Source of the DNA: Gemmatimonadota bacterium
GTDB lineage: Bacteria; Latescibacterota; UBA2968; UBA8231
Length of the DNA: 18,766 nt
Direction of reading: 5' to 3'
Assembly: GCA_038153405.1 (NCBI GenBank)
Contig: JAYOYH010000023.1
Location: 46,996-65,761 of the forward strand
Part shown: piece after piece, positions 16,767-18,766 of the stretch
Numbering within the stretch: the stretch's first letter is position 1
How the letters are laid out: each line of letters begins with the position of its first letter
Translations under genes and position numbers: made by a program
The notes under the pieces: model-generated
Seen by the model: only the letters and a program-made list of their open reading frames with translations
What the model was told of the DNA's origin: nothing
Database searches by the model: none

Positions 16767-17614
16767 GCTTCGCCCTCCGGCGGTGCCAGCAAAGCGATGA
16801 GGCCCGCCAGTTCGGCCGCCATGTGATCGCGGCGTATAATCCGATCGATAAAGCCGTGTTCGAGAACAGTTTCGGCGACCTGAAAGCCCTCGGGAAGCTG
16901 TGCGTCGCCGCCGAGAAACTGCTTGATGACCGTCTGCCCGGCAAATCCTATGCGCGCACCGGGTTCGGCGATGATCAAATCGCCGAGCATGGCAAAGCTA
17001 GCGGTGACACCGCCGTAGGTCGGGTCGGTGAGCACGGCCACGTAGAGCAGACCGGCGTTTGAGAGCTGGTGTAGTTTGGCGCTAATGCGCGCCATTTGCA
17101 TCAGCGAAAAGGCACTTTCCTGCATGCGCGCCCCGCCGGATTGACAGATCAGGATAAAGGTGCGCCGTTCGCCAATGGCCCGGTCGATCAGGCGGCAGAT
17201 CTTTTCTCCGGTGGCTCCGCCGAGCGTGCCCATGACAAAGCGGGTGTCCATGATGCCCAGGGCAATGGGATGGCCGCCGATGCGCCCCGTGCCGGTATAG
17301 ACCGATTCCCCCGTGCCGCTCAGTCGCCGTCCGTCTTTGATCTTGTCTTTATAACCGCGAAAGCCTAGCGGGTCGGTTGGGCTGACATCGGCATCCGTTT
17401 CGACAAACGTGCCCGTGTCCACCAGCATGTCTACGTCTTGCTGATGCCCTATGGGATAGTGGAACGAGCACTCTGGGCAGATCCACTGACTGCGTTCAAG
17501 GGCTTTTTCGTAGTTGGAGTGGCCGCATCGCTTGCATTTGAGCCATATCCCTTGAGGAATATCGCGCTTTATGCGGGTCTTGAGCCCGCTTTTCATCTTT
17601 TCAAACCAGTTCAA
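16745..17614 (-). CDS. accD: Acetyl-CoA carboxylase carboxyltransferase beta subunit
   Basis: MNWF..., IPQGIWLKCKRC...CPEC zinc finger, DPLGF, MGTLG, SGGARMQE, LMQMAR, PTYGGVTASFAMLGD, EPGARIGFAG, LPEGFQ, HGFIDRI. TTG start with GAGGTG SD. Confidence 0.97.
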   Translation of the reverse strand: MNWFEKMKSGLKTRIKRDIPQGIWLKCKRCGHSNYEKALERSQWICPECSFHYPIGHQQDVDMLVDTGTFVETDADVSPTDPLGFRGYKDKIKDGRRLSGTGESVYTGTGRIGGHPIALGIMDTRFVMGTLGGATGEKICRLIDRAIGERRTFILICQSGGARMQESAFSLMQMARISAKLHQLSNAGLLYVAVLTDPTYGGVTASFAMLGDLIIAEPGARIGFAGQTVIKQFLGGDAQLPEGFQVAETVLEHGFIDRIIRRDHMAAELAGLIALLAPPEGEASTTLRA

Positions 17615-17622
17615 AATACACC

Positions 17623-17964
17623 TCAGACAATGCCTCGCCGGCGCAGGCTGGCGAGCGTTATGCCGGCTGTTACCAGCAGGCCGGCCGCCGCTAGTGCCAC
17701 TGGGGTTAGGCGGCGAGATGGCGTGGTCGTGTATGACGGCGCAGCAGCTTCTGGACCCAGTTCAATTGCTGGCGGCGCGGGTATGTGTATCGGCTCCAGC
17801 GCCTGATGGACGAGCGCGTTGGCGCTTTCGAGCTGGGCTAACTGAGATCGGAGCTCGTCGTCAAAAACAAGTTCTTCGCACAGGTGATCGCGCAGCGAAG
17901 GGGCCAACTCGCCGTCGATATAGGCAGAAAGGGCGCGCCGCATTTTTTTTCTGCGATTCAACAT
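17623..17964 (-). CDS. Small membrane-anchored anti-sigma factor (zf-HC2-like N-terminus lacking the zinc ligands)
   Basis: LSAYIDGEL motif, Pro-rich linker, single C-terminal TM (VALAAAGLLVTAGITLASL) followed by RRRGIV; 17 nt downstream of the ECF sigma gene. Confidence 0.8.
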   Translation of the reverse strand: MLNRRKKMRRALSAYIDGELAPSLRDHLCEELVFDDELRSQLAQLESANALVHQALEPIHIPAPPAIELGPEAAAPSYTTTPSRRLTPVALAAAGLLVTAGITLASLRRRGIV

Positions 17965-17981
17965 GCTAGCCTTTCGATGCG

Positions 17982-18572
17982 TTACAGTAGATCACTTTTC
18001 TCAAACTGGTGCAGGAGCTTTTTACGCGCCGCGTGCAGCCGCGAACTCACCGTGCCAATAGGCAGATCGAGGATCTGTGCGATCTCTTCGTAAGACAAGT
18101 CTTCAAAGCTGTTGAGTATCAGCACCTGGCGCAGCGGTTCGGGCAGGTCGTCTATTTGTGCGCGCACGTGGGCGCGTACTTCGCGGGAAATATACTCCCC
18201 TTCCGGCGTCTGATGGGCGGGAGTCGACGCGTGCGTTGCTGTCTCGCTACCGTGGAGCCCGAGGCGGTGCCAAGTCGAGCGCGAGCGGTCGCGGCGGCGG
18301 TTGAGGCTGAGTCGCATGGCGATGCGCATGATCCACGTTTTTAGCGAAGCCTCACCGCGGAATCCGTCGAGTGCGCAGTGCACCTTGACAAAGGTATCCT
18401 GCGCGATTTCTCTGGCATCGTCATCGTCGCTGAGTAGTTTGTGCGCTAGGCTGTAGACGAGACCGTAGTAGTGGCGCACCAATTCATCGAATGCGCGCTT
18501 ATCTCCGCTGACAATGCGCGCGATGCGCTCTGTTTCGTCGCCAATGACGACCCATTTGTGCTTCTGATGCAT
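17982..18572 (-). CDS. ECF (sigma-70 group 4) RNA polymerase sigma factor, RpoE/SigW-like
   Basis: Region 2: GDKRAFDELVRHY...DAREIAQDTFVK...FRGEASLKTWIMRIAMRLSLN. Region 4: LPEPLRQVLIL...LSYEEIAQILDLPIGTVSSRLHAARKKL. ATG 18572 preferred over 18614. Confidence 0.95.
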   Translation of the reverse strand: MHQKHKWVVIGDETERIARIVSGDKRAFDELVRHYYGLVYSLAHKLLSDDDDAREIAQDTFVKVHCALDGFRGEASLKTWIMRIAMRLSLNRRRDRSRSTWHRLGLHGSETATHASTPAHQTPEGEYISREVRAHVRAQIDDLPEPLRQVLILNSFEDLSYEEIAQILDLPIGTVSSRLHAARKKLLHQFEKSDLL

Positions 18573-18693
18573 TGGTTGCCTATACTGACCCGTTTTGTGA
18601 CACAGACACCGCATCGAGCATTTTCTTCGCGGCTGGCTGCAAAAAATCGCCTTGGGAGCCGCTTTTTGTCAAGCATTGAGCTCATGGGCGGGC

Positions 18694-18731
18694 GTTACGG
18701 CAATGTAACGGCGTTGTTGCATCGCTGTAAC
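18694..18731. promoter_or_regulatory. Phased operator-like array GTTAC-N6-GTAAC-N6-GTTGC-N6-GTAAC (11-bp period)
   Basis: Pentamers start at 18694, 18705, 18716 and 18727 in intergenic DNA, 21 nt upstream of a minus-strand TTGACA (18672-18667). Confidence 0.6.
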
Positions 18732-18766
18732 TATATGCGTTTAAGTTGTGATACGATTAGGTTGCA

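Noticed and set aside
16189..16944. 251-aa minus-strand ORF overlapping accD and bioY
   Set aside because: It is an alternative frame over two well-supported genes, is Arg/Gly/Ala-rich with no motifs, and is typical of high-GC shadow ORFs.
18446..18685. 79-aa ORF upstream of and overlapping the ECF sigma gene
   Set aside because: It overlaps sigma region 2 in another frame and runs through promoter-like elements, with no SD or motif support.

Overview
GC-rich bacterial chromosomal window, mostly on the minus strand. The large secreted protein (DUF1565/beta-helix, cadherin-like Ig repeats, cohesin-like modules, a twin 'DFSDFFLFSDNFG' EF-hand/dockerin-like module and a PNPFNP FlgD/T9SS-type C-terminal domain) suggests an FCB-group organism, most likely Candidatus Latescibacterota (inference). 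The left 8.5 kb is a housekeeping run, rpmI-rplT-pheS-pheT-zapB-zapA-rny-ymdB-xseA, with its own sigma70-like promoter. It has no infC upstream and no room for a 6S RNA between zapA and rny. The middle holds the 1631-aa surface protein, a small ImmA/IrrE-like protein, and a divergent surE plus POTRA-less Omp85 barrel. The right end is an ECF sigma / mini anti-sigma / accD / bioY cluster preceded by a phased operator-like array. No mobile element, CRISPR, tRNA or rRNA was seen. The most interesting points are an RNase Y with a degenerate HD metal site, the ECF-accD-bioY linkage, a nested domain insertion and dense D-(S/T)-x glycosylation sequons in the surface protein, and a probable ATC start for bioY. 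All homology calls are from recalled motifs; no searches were run.
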